Shown here piece by piece: positions 50,501-55,951 of a stretch of DNA of 64,000 bases. Source of the stretch: Candidatus Woesearchaeota archaeon (GTDB lineage Archaea; Nanobdellota; Nanobdellia; Woesearchaeales; GW2011-AR4). The notes beneath the pieces are model-generated. The model saw nothing but the letters and a program-made list of their open reading frames with translations. It was not told the DNA's origin and made no database searches. How positions within the stretch are numbered: position 1 is the stretch's first letter; each line of letters starts with the position of its first letter. Made by a program: the position numbers and the translations under genes. The stretch is from assembly GCA_016177615.1 (NCBI GenBank), contig JACOUX010000057.1, positions 1,553-65,552 on the forward strand. Direction: 5' to 3'.

Positions 50501-53500
50501 TCCAAAAATTCACCTTTGGCATTCGCGCCGTAGATGGCGGCAGCGGGATTACGCCAGAGAATGTCGTCATTCGTAATAATGAAGTTCGCAAGCTGAAATC
50601 GAATGACTGGTATGGCATCCAGGTAAATGGAATGAACATTTCTGTCGAGAATAACAAAGTCACCGATGCCCAACGGGCAATTGGCATTCTTGTCGGCGGC
50701 AATGGAATCATGGTCAGGAACAACTTTGTACAGAGGACGTCTCGCAACGGCATTTGGTTTATGGGTGCGGCAAACAGCCAGATACTCAATAACACCATCA
50801 CCGAAATACTCGGGACGCACGCGAATTCCATCACGGTATATCAGGACAGCCAGAATATTCTAGTGGCGAACAATAAGGTGTTCAATTCGGAGCGGCCGCT
50901 GACATTCGAACGGTCGCAGAATTTGACGGTTATAAACAATCTTTTTGATGGCCGGCTGGACGGAAAATTTTTGGATTCCCACATCGTTGCTGACTGGGGG
51001 AACATGACAGGGGCTGTGAATTTGCTCAATAATGTCATAGTAGGGAGCAATCGCACTTCTCTGCTGCTTCAGAGTACGGCAAATTTCGTCGTCAAGAACA
51101 ATATCATCGGCAACCAGGTCCCATCGGGAAGCTCGGCCCTTCCTTACACGAACAACATTTTTACCAATCCAAGCAGTGCGCCATTGAGCAATGGCAACAT
51201 CCAAGTCACTGACCTTTCAAAAATATTCGTCGACCCAATATCTGTTCCAGCAGACTACCGCCTCAAACAGGGTTCTGCGGCAATAGACAAAGGAGGCGGT
51301 ATCTCTTCTGTCTTCCCGTCAACTCTTTTTGCCGGTTATGAGTATGCTAAAGATTTCGCCGGCACCTCCCGCCCCAAGGGCTCAGCATGGGATATCGGGG
51401 CGTATGAATCATCCGCTAGCGGTGCTAACTGGTACGTTGATAACCTCGCAACCGGAAAAAATGACGGCACGTCATGGGCAAATGCATGGAAATCTTTCGG
51501 GTCTATAGTCTGGGGTGCCAGTGGAGTCAAGGCAGGCGACACATTACACATTTCAGGCGGCACGAGTTCAAAAGTGTACCATGAGACATTGGCAATGATG
51601 TCAAATAGTGGGACGGCAAATGCGTGGATTACAATCTCAGTCGGCCAGGACGCTGGTCATAATGGCCAGGTAATTGTAGATGGGGATAATATCAGAAATA
51701 AGGGGATCAGTATTGGCAGCTACACTCTTCTCACAGGAAAAGTCGGCAATTCATCCAAATTGACATTGAGGAATTTTGTCGTAAACCAAACCGGCAACCG
51801 TGAGGTGGATAGCGGCACGGCAATCTGGGCTGCCGCGAATACTATAATTGAATATACGGAAATTAACCATGCGAATAACGGGATCTATGCTTATGGGCAA
51901 AATACTGAAATTAGAAACAGCTATCTTCACGACATCTGGGGGGATTTCGCAATTCGCGCAGTGCAATACCTTGGAACTGATTTTGATAACATCAGGATTC
52001 ACCATAACACAATCGAGGTCAATGGCGACTTCACCGGAAGCAACGGCGGGCCGGACGGCGTGCAATCCCGCAACGGCTTGACCATGAATGATAATGTTTT
52101 GAGGGTCGTTTCCGGACCGGTAAATCCCGGCCAGCATCCTGACGGGGTCCAGGCCATGGGCAGCTATAACAAGATCTACAACAATTACTTTGCTAATTTC
52201 ATCAACTCCGGCATAAAGATCGAGCCTTTCCAAGATACGGCCTGGGAAGGAGATTACATCTACAATAATATAATTACAGTTGACTCAAGCCCTTTGCCGA
52301 ATTTGTATGAGCGCGGCATTGAATTCGGGGCAGCTGTCAATGTAACTTCTGTCAAAAATGTACTCATCTTGAACAACAATTTTATCGACCTGAATTTTCT
52401 GGGAATAAATGGGGGCGTCAAGACGACAAACGTTTCGAATGTTGTCATCAGGAATAATGTTTTCCACAACACAGGAAGAAATTCAGGCAAGGCGGTTATA
52501 GCGTGGAATGACCCGGGCAAGAAAACAGACATTGACTACAACCTTATAAGCCCGGGCTCTGACGGGGGCAATCTGATTATTTTAAACGGCAACTGGAGCT
52601 CTAGTTATGTTCAAGCCCATCCAAGGGCAGGCACGCCATCATTTCTTTCTTATTCCTTGCCGAGAAACCGGAATAACAATTTCCATCTCGCTACGAGTGA
52701 CACTGCTGCGAGAGATTTGGGCATGGACGCTTCTGCCTATTTTAATTCAGACAAAGATGGCGTTATCAGGCCCCAGGGCTCGGCCTGGGACATAGGGGCT
52801 TACGAATATAATAGCTCTATTATTTCTGCAAAACAGAATGTTCATTATATCCGAGCAGGAGCTGCAGGAGCAAATGACGGTTCTGACTGGGCAAATGCTT
52901 ATTTCTCTTTTCCAGCTAATTTAGTGGCGGGCGATACTTATTATGTTGCAGGCGGAAATTTCAACACAACAACTATTCGAAGCGCATTGACAAGCACATC
53001 ATGGACATACATAAAAAAAGCAACTGCTTCATCTCATGGAACTGGGACTGGTTGGTCTGACTCTTATGGCGGCCAAGTCACCATTAACGGCACTTTGTTT
53101 GTGAGCAGCCCTTACTTGGATATTGATGGAGTTACAGGCGCGGATAATTCAGGATATGGAATTAAAGTGGTGATGAAGAATTGCAACACAAATGCTCAAG
53201 GTATCTATATTGCCCAAAATCAAGGGCATATCCATCTCTCCCATATAGAAGTCCAAGGGTGCGGAGAAGATATTCCCTTTGATCAAAGGGGGGTTTTTAC
53301 AGTGAACACTTTGCCCGTATCTGATCAGTACTATAGTTACCTTTGGGTTCATGACCTTAGCGGCAATCCAATAAGCCTTGGCCAGTATACTAACAACTTT
53401 ACTCTCGAATACTCAAGGCTTGAGAGAATGCATCAAATAGATCCATCAATTCACGGACAAGCGATACAGATCACTGCGCCGCCATCAAACAACATAACAA

Positions 53501-55824
53501 TAAGATATAACAAGTTCATTGACACCAGCGGAACAGCGGCAGTAGCCCTTCTCGGCGCCAATGGAGAAACATTTTCCAACATTTTTGTCTATGACAATTT
53601 ATTTTGGTCGTCCGACAAGAACAGATACACTTTTTCGCCAGGAGCTATTTATGGAAGGGTCAATGTCAGCCAGAACAATGTTCTTGTATACAACAATATT
53701 TTTTACAGTATAACCAATCCTGAAACGTTTATGAGCGGAGATATCGTAACCAAAAGCGATAACAAGAATAATATTTATGTGAATAGTATATTTAATTTCC
53801 CGCACTATAAAACTAATTCATCAAATAATTTATATTTCAATAACACAGGGAAAAACATTCCTTTAGGGGAACCTAACCAAATTAGCGCAGCAAGATCTCC
53901 TTTTGTAAATGCTCCCACAAACTTCTATTTAGCCTCAAATGCAGAAGCAATAGATAAAGGAGTTGCCCTTAGCCAACCATATAATGTAGATATCCTTGGC
54001 ACCTCCCGTCCACAGGGCTCAGCATGGGATATCGGAGCGTATGAATACACTGGCGAATCTCTAATTCAAACCTACAGTTTGACAGTCACTTCAATGGGAA
54101 ATGGCTTTGGAATCGTTACCTGCGGAGGGACAACCTGTCCTTCTTCCGTATCTGCAAATACTCAGCTCACTTTTGTTGCTAATCCTTCTGCTGGATCAGT
54201 TTTTAGCGGCTGGTCAGGAGCCTGTGCTGGCACTGCTCCCGCCTGTACTTTGAAGATAACCGCTACTACCTCGGTCACTGCTTCTTTTGCTGTTACAGCT
54301 TCTCCAGATACAACTCCTCCTTCAATCTTCTTGACAGCTCCGGTTTCCGGAGACAATATTTCTGGAGGCATAGTTGTATCTGCCCGTGCCACAGATCCTA
54401 TCGTTCAGGGCCAGACTACATCAGGAATAGCCAGCGTCCAGTTCAAGATTGATGGCTTAAATTTAGGGCCAATGTTGACAATGACGCCTTATGGAATTTT
54501 TTGGAATGCAAGCACAGCAACTGCAGGCTCGCATGTGCTTAGTGCAGCGGCAACTGATGCGGCAGGAAACAATGCGACAGCAATCCCTGTTGTGATAAAT
54601 GTTACCAGCTACCAACCGCCTGATTCAGATGATGACGGTGTTCCAGACAATATCGACAAGTGCCGCCATACCCCATCAAAAATGCAAATCAACATATATG
54701 GGTGCCCGCTTCCGATTTTTGGAAAATTTACCCCTGCGCTTACAGTCAATTTCAGCGCAGTGGACTTGACAAATTTCACTGGCTTTAGAATCGGTGTGCA
54801 GAACTTTGGACAGATAGATTATGGCAATAGGATGTTTAGCTTTATAGGTGACAACTCCAGCATGTCTAATATATCCCCTCTTGTGCAGATTGACATGGAA
54901 TCTCTTATACAGTTCCAGCCGCTAAAAGTTATAGTAAATTCAGAATATTTCAGAAGCTTAAATGCTCCAGCAACTGTCACGCTTATGAACATAAGCAATA
55001 TCACAAATCCTGTTGTGCTTAAAAATGGAGTGATTTGCACAGAGTGCAGAATAAGAAGCTTTGCAAACAGCCAGATAGTGTTTGATGTTCAAAATTTCTC
55101 AGAATATTCTGTTGCAGAAGGCAGCTACTGCGGCGACAATTATTGCAGCTCTAATGAGGATTGCTCTGCCTGCCAAAGTGATTGTGGCGCATGCCCTGCT
55201 CCCTCTGGAGGGGGTGGAGGCAGCTCAGGCGGCGGAGGCGGCGGCTCTTCCGGAGGTGGTGGTGGAGGTGGAGGAGGTGGAACCCCGGGATTTGTCTGCA
55301 ACATGGATTGGCAGTGCACTTCATGGGGCAACTGCATTAGCAGCTGGCAGATAAGGCAGTGCGAGTTTGTGAAAGTGCCACAGTATGTGCGGAACGAGAC
55401 ATGCTCAACGTCATCACAGCAGCCATCTACAAGCCAGCAGTGCGCATCCCCTCAGGCTGATCAAGGGCAGCCCATCACTGATCCAAAAACACAACAGCCT
55501 GAAATCCTGCAACAAACTCCGCAGCAACCTCAAGCTCCTGAAGCCAAAGAAATCAGAAAGGACAACAAAAACTTAATGCGCTCGATAATAATCAGCTCAC
55601 TGGCGATTGTAATGCTCATCACCTTAGTTGCAGTAATAAAGACCTATAAATCAAAAAGCCAAGCACCGAAGCTGGAGCCTGGGCTTGACAGAAAAACAAT
55701 GCAGCAGCTTAACTCTTATGTAAAAACAATGAGAAACCTGGGCAAAGAAGATAATGAAATCAAGAAGTCTTTGCTTAAGGTTGGGTGGAAGGAGAAAGAA
55801 GTTGAATGGATGTTTAGGAAGTAG
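38557..55824 (+). CDS. giant (5,755 aa) membrane-anchored multi-domain surface protein; putative adhesin/glycan-binding or glycan-degrading array
   Basis: One uninterrupted ORF. Order: N-terminal hydrophobic anchor, nine beta-helix modules each ending in WDxGAYE, a ConA/LamG-like domain, 14 FG-GAP repeats, Ig-like modules, a Cys-rich/poly-Gly/Gln-Pro stalk, a C-terminal TM helix, and a short basic tail. Confidence 0.85.
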   Translation: MKINKGEKESSSFFFISAALILIAGIFFFMGYFDNRLSSITNKVVAAGAVTPTANLYVRDGGTGTTCTDWGANACDTLPAILQRGATYYIADGFYGSYTFDDPVSGTQPITVKKATIAEHGTATGWDNTYGDGTAVFSGITFTTSYWVFDGVTGGGTSTWNSGKATSGFGFEVTRTPPNVCGDNGNLVTLGASVSNIIIKHANIHAGSNNYPINGIKGTNGASNIIISDNAIYTTFGPAFHIGTWSNAVIERNYIADVRNTGATDPRGFCANWHAEGISSIGTNNNLTVRHNLWDRIDGTAVIAGVNVGTSNNWKVYGNIFSRSVTPIYYYFEPSPGTNRQTMNNLEFYNNNIVNMLGGSQGGIMIQSGSNNRIYNNIWYNNIANSFAISGTHDYNFFSDNRRTEGCNPACDKDAEGAAGEANAQTSSGDPFAGGSNVDPLTGNFHLKSATNRGTSLPSPYDVDPDNAIRGVDGVWDRGAYEYVPSTLRIYYVAQAGNDANPGTLSQPWKTIQKAANTVQAGDTVIVSAGTYNERVTFSAGHSGSAGKKITFIASPLKSVIMQGFDTTNANYLRIEGFNITGSPPWWKGGGVWLSSNNVEIVGNYFYDLIGAGVLTFWDQNKLLQNTYIANNHIYHSGAGIYAVGNNVLVENNEVERLYTQAGSPDADYARFFGSNITFRNNFFHGTQENETGASHVDCFQTYDVNGEYAQHVLIENNACYNYDQGLMVSTAKYRNSYDFTLRNNVFAHSLAWGLSVYAVTDVKVYNNVFADVKYHGVGFGAGATGEVKNNIFYNAGSNYWADAETNATVTGGYNILYPEHYPWFKTATDIIKDPLFVDAANDNFHLKSNSPAINAGTVISEFNYDKDGTSRLQGTAWDIGAYEYATGAPPTATYYIRSGATGLTCADWGANACNALPATLQRGAIYYIADGSYGSYTFDDPVSGTQTITIKKATVAEHGTSTGWSDSYGDGTAAWGAVTFSTSYWVFDGATGGGHGSWTSGHGFTFSSPAGTNVAYVSLPDGVSNIIVRHSSFTQTGNTEATTIGAHAFYAPGTLSNSLFEYNYFENLGGLPFLFRNGAGNVIQYNWLGNICGQSVADVNQHCEALVLWDMDDVHFRWNYIGESPSSGGFVKNANPTSDSIRIYGNVFRNGFPINCNTGPCTNWRIFNNAFVTGITGPLGGDGARSGFLVYNNIIRNANVASLGGTHDYNWYSAVTGTSCSMQSSAHENVNKLYPGNCDTVTETLNPFVNINGATPESLKLANPLSGNPGTDVCALDSCTGNKFYNLDAFGNIRGADGVWDRGAYEYTGSSPLSPPAGTFYIRDGATGTTCTDWGANACDTLPAILQRGATYYIADGSYGSYTFDDPVSGTQTITIKKATLADHGTNTGWQSSYGDGVASFSGIRFSTPYYTFDGVVGSGKTGHGFEVQPSSPADAIVLSGNVNNIVFRHINAHIYNEGTAKTSMTTFTMILKATTGTTNNIIIEDSYFHHVFGCQMQVVGANNWIIQNNYMSNQRSTAEQHAALWCDQSSDNVIFRNNMFVDIEGTSFIDLIEGPDTANGFKIYNNLFWHSNSNPWGASVSGVITVANDASNARTATNWEIYGNSIVNIKGRSAIDIASGSGNDVKNNYWFCNRQDDSYTNYMFISGAASSYNYYSACAHPYSFSSGTGEPVLLDGPNSKLSANSTNPFMDWPNGDFTLRTATWSGANLPSPYNTDLLGNIRGADGVWDRGAYEFAGGATPPPPSSRNWYLRSGATGNGSSWTNAWGSVGSIAWSSIQPGDTLWIAGGTYGSLVVGKSGNADTDAGRIFIKRATQSAHGSDTGWSSSYDSQVVFASISWTSPNVGSYVTVDGQVDSGIRVATRATGGREGTAVFIGRGQNYITLRNMEMAGPCGSTPCMQGGDNRALSTTAWSGSSYELVDNLKVQYSKIHGACTNIWLMNADNAILEYNEIYNSHATDTVPCHPNVVATSQSSNVIFRYNKVHDYATEGIMMLSGNSGTWYVYGNLWYAGTGYARVLESQDGTNGPVYFYGNTMVDLQQSVRTANNGVWHSASQGRNNIYWNASSPGLPSESNNIVGSGSSSPFVNYAGRDYHLTSTSAARNAGATLTNDGFINKDLEGNTRGADGAWDIGAYEYISSGIPPLADNASLTLFDDFGSTTLDSAWLFTDPLLNSNFSLMANPGHLQVNVPAGSTHDCWPGTSNCVRMLRSVNNADAVYETKIDGVNIGASYQTYGIMLSQDSANYLRFEFWNGGSGAQPSVWRIIGGSGSNVILAPATTLGSSNYIRVTRTGSVFQLDYSTNGMTWTTAGSFTQSGFTVNQAGVYVINAGANPATTGNFDYFSVAQFTPPPPTDTTPPVVRSFVIPATATSLTVPITAFTATDNVAVTGYLITETATAPAATATGWTASAPASYTFASAGAKTLYAWAKDAAGKVSAQSASASATTLALPPSGDIPFASVTIDANNPVDPHNKAVGDINGDGFVDVLAAGSSSSGLYWYEYPSWTKRLIASGAFTTDMETGDIDGDGDVDVVIPNGLGLMWYKNPRPLGNPATDAWTPVNIGGAGANNHDVELADLNKDGKLDVVSRPKGGGATNVWLQNTPTSWTRVVASTRAGEGTALGDIDGDGDVDIAHNGFWLENLGNGASWSERNIDVNWPLDVGVHIADINKDGRNDVVLAPSESGGRFSWYESINPKTGPWTEHAISSTISYAHTFKSADMDKDGKLDLVTAEMHQSSNDEVSVWRNNGGGLSWTKQVVVNTGSHNLRLADIGNDGDIDIVGANWNDAAPDSAIIRMWRNDLNSKSTLDSWQRSVADVAKPARAVFIRSADLDSDGKKDLVTGGWWYKNPGTLSGGWTRKTIGAPLNNIAVIYDFDSDGDLDLLGTQGVGSDVNNRFAWARNDGKGNFTVLTNIATGGSGDFLQGAVAGRFSSAGSIQVALSWHNGGGGVQMLTVPADPSTTTWTWKVISTTSQDEDLSAGDIDRDGDLDLLLGTQWLHNDGSSWTPLTLFSTTASPDRNRLSDINRDGRLDSVVGYEAISVFGKLAWYEQPLNPTNAWTEHVIANVIGPMSLDVADMDFDGDLDVVVGEHNLANSASAKLYVFENVDTIGGTWSSHVVYTGDEHHDGTQVADLDSDGDPDIYSIGWNNNQLTVYENKATVAILPPLTPTPNNFYVRPKGNVYGSGNGLDWNNAWSDVTAINWNAVSAGDTIWIAGGSYGVLTIGKSGTAGNPIKIYRVRATDPVPTSAAGWSASYDSTVTMVRVVSESRSYWTLDGRVPHIGISVVNPSLTSHGVYLGTSNWSGITLTNLLLSGPVPDNTISGVTEQIRAIHYNGYQGSGSGLTVSYSTLEKYPNLALLININNVLIEHNKFQKNYRGSGSVHPGVMSVIGLTNVKFRFNEITEWQAEGIMMDFIGAGDAVNDNWDIYGNLWHDSIAGSTNNILTAQYKPQTNIRLYSNTVVNSWLGIIVGNGGSWASSSISRNNLIYFAQTYTTLDFPGGDNDYNYGNAPARGAHSISNLSSNVFANYAGRDYRIVSTIGAGYPRDKGVALGSLYGVDFAGNTRIGAWDIGAYEYTGITPLVDTTPPIVTSFSIPSTSNSLTVPISLFTATDNVAVTGYLVTETATAPAASAAGWTASAPPSYTFSSAGAKTLYAWAKDAAGKVSASASRSVTITLPPETWKTYYVDYDSGSDSNNGLSASAPWKHAPGDSNAVGNPKSKVLAAGDTVLFKGSVKYQGSIALDGRYAFGATGNPITLKGDGWGSGKAVIDGSEPITAAFKKCQSSAQCAGNPNWNSMYYADIGSGYTFETGFYEDDNFLWYAQDPNPTDPFNYDRRDSMRVIPKGSTTITQTRTSITDPTYFTQSDPAFWNSAYVIAWRVPNVMSIKKITGYNPATRTISHEDLGGDLYDHTSYDSYYAILNHPSVINAEREYSYDQPTGRFYLWPKGGDISGHTYSVRKQSAGIYANSVKNLVIEGFGVQKFTFGIRAVDGGSGITPENVVIRNNEVRKLKSNDWYGIQVNGMNISVENNKVTDAQRAIGILVGGNGIMVRNNFVQRTSRNGIWFMGAANSQILNNTITEILGTHANSITVYQDSQNILVANNKVFNSERPLTFERSQNLTVINNLFDGRLDGKFLDSHIVADWGNMTGAVNLLNNVIVGSNRTSLLLQSTANFVVKNNIIGNQVPSGSSALPYTNNIFTNPSSAPLSNGNIQVTDLSKIFVDPISVPADYRLKQGSAAIDKGGGISSVFPSTLFAGYEYAKDFAGTSRPKGSAWDIGAYESSASGANWYVDNLATGKNDGTSWANAWKSFGSIVWGASGVKAGDTLHISGGTSSKVYHETLAMMSNSGTANAWITISVGQDAGHNGQVIVDGDNIRNKGISIGSYTLLTGKVGNSSKLTLRNFVVNQTGNREVDSGTAIWAAANTIIEYTEINHANNGIYAYGQNTEIRNSYLHDIWGDFAIRAVQYLGTDFDNIRIHHNTIEVNGDFTGSNGGPDGVQSRNGLTMNDNVLRVVSGPVNPGQHPDGVQAMGSYNKIYNNYFANFINSGIKIEPFQDTAWEGDYIYNNIITVDSSPLPNLYERGIEFGAAVNVTSVKNVLILNNNFIDLNFLGINGGVKTTNVSNVVIRNNVFHNTGRNSGKAVIAWNDPGKKTDIDYNLISPGSDGGNLIILNGNWSSSYVQAHPRAGTPSFLSYSLPRNRNNNFHLATSDTAARDLGMDASAYFNSDKDGVIRPQGSAWDIGAYEYNSSIISAKQNVHYIRAGAAGANDGSDWANAYFSFPANLVAGDTYYVAGGNFNTTTIRSALTSTSWTYIKKATASSHGTGTGWSDSYGGQVTINGTLFVSSPYLDIDGVTGADNSGYGIKVVMKNCNTNAQGIYIAQNQGHIHLSHIEVQGCGEDIPFDQRGVFTVNTLPVSDQYYSYLWVHDLSGNPISLGQYTNNFTLEYSRLERMHQIDPSIHGQAIQITAPPSNNITIRYNKFIDTSGTAAVALLGANGETFSNIFVYDNLFWSSDKNRYTFSPGAIYGRVNVSQNNVLVYNNIFYSITNPETFMSGDIVTKSDNKNNIYVNSIFNFPHYKTNSSNNLYFNNTGKNIPLGEPNQISAARSPFVNAPTNFYLASNAEAIDKGVALSQPYNVDILGTSRPQGSAWDIGAYEYTGESLIQTYSLTVTSMGNGFGIVTCGGTTCPSSVSANTQLTFVANPSAGSVFSGWSGACAGTAPACTLKITATTSVTASFAVTASPDTTPPSIFLTAPVSGDNISGGIVVSARATDPIVQGQTTSGIASVQFKIDGLNLGPMLTMTPYGIFWNASTATAGSHVLSAAATDAAGNNATAIPVVINVTSYQPPDSDDDGVPDNIDKCRHTPSKMQINIYGCPLPIFGKFTPALTVNFSAVDLTNFTGFRIGVQNFGQIDYGNRMFSFIGDNSSMSNISPLVQIDMESLIQFQPLKVIVNSEYFRSLNAPATVTLMNISNITNPVVLKNGVICTECRIRSFANSQIVFDVQNFSEYSVAEGSYCGDNYCSSNEDCSACQSDCGACPAPSGGGGGSSGGGGGGSSGGGGGGGGGGTPGFVCNMDWQCTSWGNCISSWQIRQCEFVKVPQYVRNETCSTSSQQPSTSQQCASPQADQGQPITDPKTQQPEILQQTPQQPQAPEAKEIRKDNKNLMRSIIISSLAIVMLITLVAVIKTYKSKSQAPKLEPGLDRKTMQQLNSYVKTMRNLGKEDNEIKKSLLKVGWKEKEVEWMFRK
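38590..38655 (+). other. N-terminal signal-anchor/TM helix of the giant protein
   Basis: SFFFISAALILIAGIFFFMGYF. Confidence 0.6.
38716..40005 (+). other. beta-helix module 1 (N-cap class A)
   Basis: Begins NLYVRDGGTGTTCTDWGANACDTLPAILQRGATYYIADG and ends GVWDRGAYEY. Confidence 0.6.
40018..41211 (+). other. beta-helix module 2 (N-cap class C)
   Basis: Begins YYVAQAGNDANPGTLSQPWKTIQKAANTVQAGDTVIV and ends TAWDIGAYEY. Confidence 0.6.
41233..42480 (+). other. beta-helix module 3 (class A)
   Basis: Begins ATYYIRSGATGLTCADWGANACNALPATLQRGAIYYIADG and ends GVWDRGAYEY. Confidence 0.6.
42511..43767 (+). other. beta-helix module 4 (class A)
   Basis: Begins GTFYIRDGATGTTCTDWGANACDTLPAILQRGATYYIADG and ends GVWDRGAYEF. 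Confidence 0.6.
43801..44970 (+). other. beta-helix module 5 (class B)
   Basis: Begins RNWYLRSGATGNGSSWTNAWGSVGSIAWSSIQPGDTLWIAGGTYG and ends GAWDIGAYEY. Confidence 0.6.
45001..45600 (+). other. concanavalin-A/LamG-like lectin-fold domain
   Basis: FDDFGSTTLDSAW..HLQVNVP..YGIMLSQDSANYLRFEFW..YIRVTRTGSVFQLDYSTNGMTW..FDYFSV. This pattern is typical of jelly-roll LamG_3-like domains. Confidence 0.55.
45622..45873 (+). repeat. 84-aa Ig-like module, copy 1
   Basis: DTTPPVVRSFVIPATATSLTVPITAFTATDNVAVTGYLITETATAPAA..GAKTLYAWAKDAAGKVSA. About 80% nucleotide identity (by eye) to 49309-49560. Confidence 0.7.
45931..48030 (+). repeat. 14 FG-GAP/VCBS-type repeats (two predicted 7-bladed beta-propellers)
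   Basis: Fourteen D-x-[DN]-x-D-G-x-x-D-type calcium-loop motifs (GDINGDGFVDV, GDIDGDGDVDV, ADLNKDGKLDV ... ADLDSDGDPDI), spaced about 45-55 aa apart. One of them is degenerate. Confidence 0.75.
48070..49287 (+). other. beta-helix module 6 (class B)
   Basis: Begins NNFYVRPKGNVYGSGNGLDWNNAWSDVTAINWNAVSAGDTIWIAGGSYG and ends GAWDIGAYEY. Confidence 0.6.
49309..49560 (+). repeat. 84-aa Ig-like module, copy 2
   Basis: DTTPPIVTSFSIPSTSNSLTVPISLFTATDNVAVTGYLVTETATAPAA..GAKTLYAWAKDAAGKVSA. Confidence 0.7.
49600..51408 (+). other. beta-helix module 7 (class C, longest)
   Basis: Begins TWKTYYVDYDSGSDSNNGLSASAPWKH..AAGDTVLF. Contains repeated NN-x-[IV] rungs and ends SAWDIGAYES. Confidence 0.6.
51424..52809 (+). 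other. beta-helix module 8 (class B)
   Basis: Begins ANWYVDNLATGKNDGTSWANAWKSFGSIVWG..AGDTLHISGG and ends SAWDIGAYEY. Confidence 0.6.
52837..54048 (+). other. beta-helix module 9 (class B, host-like AT-rich codons)
   Basis: Begins NVHYIRAGAAGANDGSDWANAY..AGDTYYVAGG and ends SAWDIGAYEY. Confidence 0.6.
54073..54291 (+). other. divergent InlB-B-repeat-like module
   Basis: YSLTVTSMGNGFGIVTCGGTTC..TQLTFVANPSAGSVFSGWSGACAG..CTLKITATTSVTASFA. Confidence 0.5.
54307..54606 (+). other. Ig-like (Big-type) domain
   Basis: DTTPPSIFLTAPVSGDNISGGIVVSARATD..VQFKIDGLNLG..GSHVLSAAATDAAGNNATAIPVVINVT. Confidence 0.55.
55120..55368 (+). other. Cys-rich modules flanking a 25-residue Gly/Ser run (55207-55281)
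   Basis: GSYCGDNYCSSNEDCSACQSDCGACP, then GGGGGSSGGGGGGSSGGGGGGGGGG, then FVCNMDWQCTSWGNCISSWQIRQCEF. Confidence 0.7.
55576..55647 (+). other. C-terminal TM anchor of the giant protein
   Basis: MRSIIISSLAIVMLITLVAVIKTY follows a Gln/Pro-rich stalk and precedes a 58-aa K/E-rich tail. Confidence 0.7.
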
Positions 55825-55951
55825 GTGTGCAGGGAATTTTAAAAAATGTCAAATGACGAGCTGCTCAGTGTGGTGAAGGTTGCAAAAGAAGGGAATGGCG
55901 GCAATGAAGATTAGCTCAAATCCTTTAGTCTGTAATCCACCATATTATGAA

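Noticed and set aside
55207-55281. The poly-Gly-coding tract as a slipped-strand phase-variation switch.
   Set aside because: The codons are a heterogeneous GGN/AGC/TCN mix (gga ggg ggt gga ggc agc tca ...), not a perfect short tandem repeat. It is more likely a flexible hinge.
38557-55824. The GC shift inside the giant gene as evidence of a chimeric metagenome assembly.
   Set aside because: The reading frame, module logic (same cap motif in GC-rich and AT-rich modules) and anchor elements are continuous across both transitions. Read-level validation is still needed, so this is not fully excluded.
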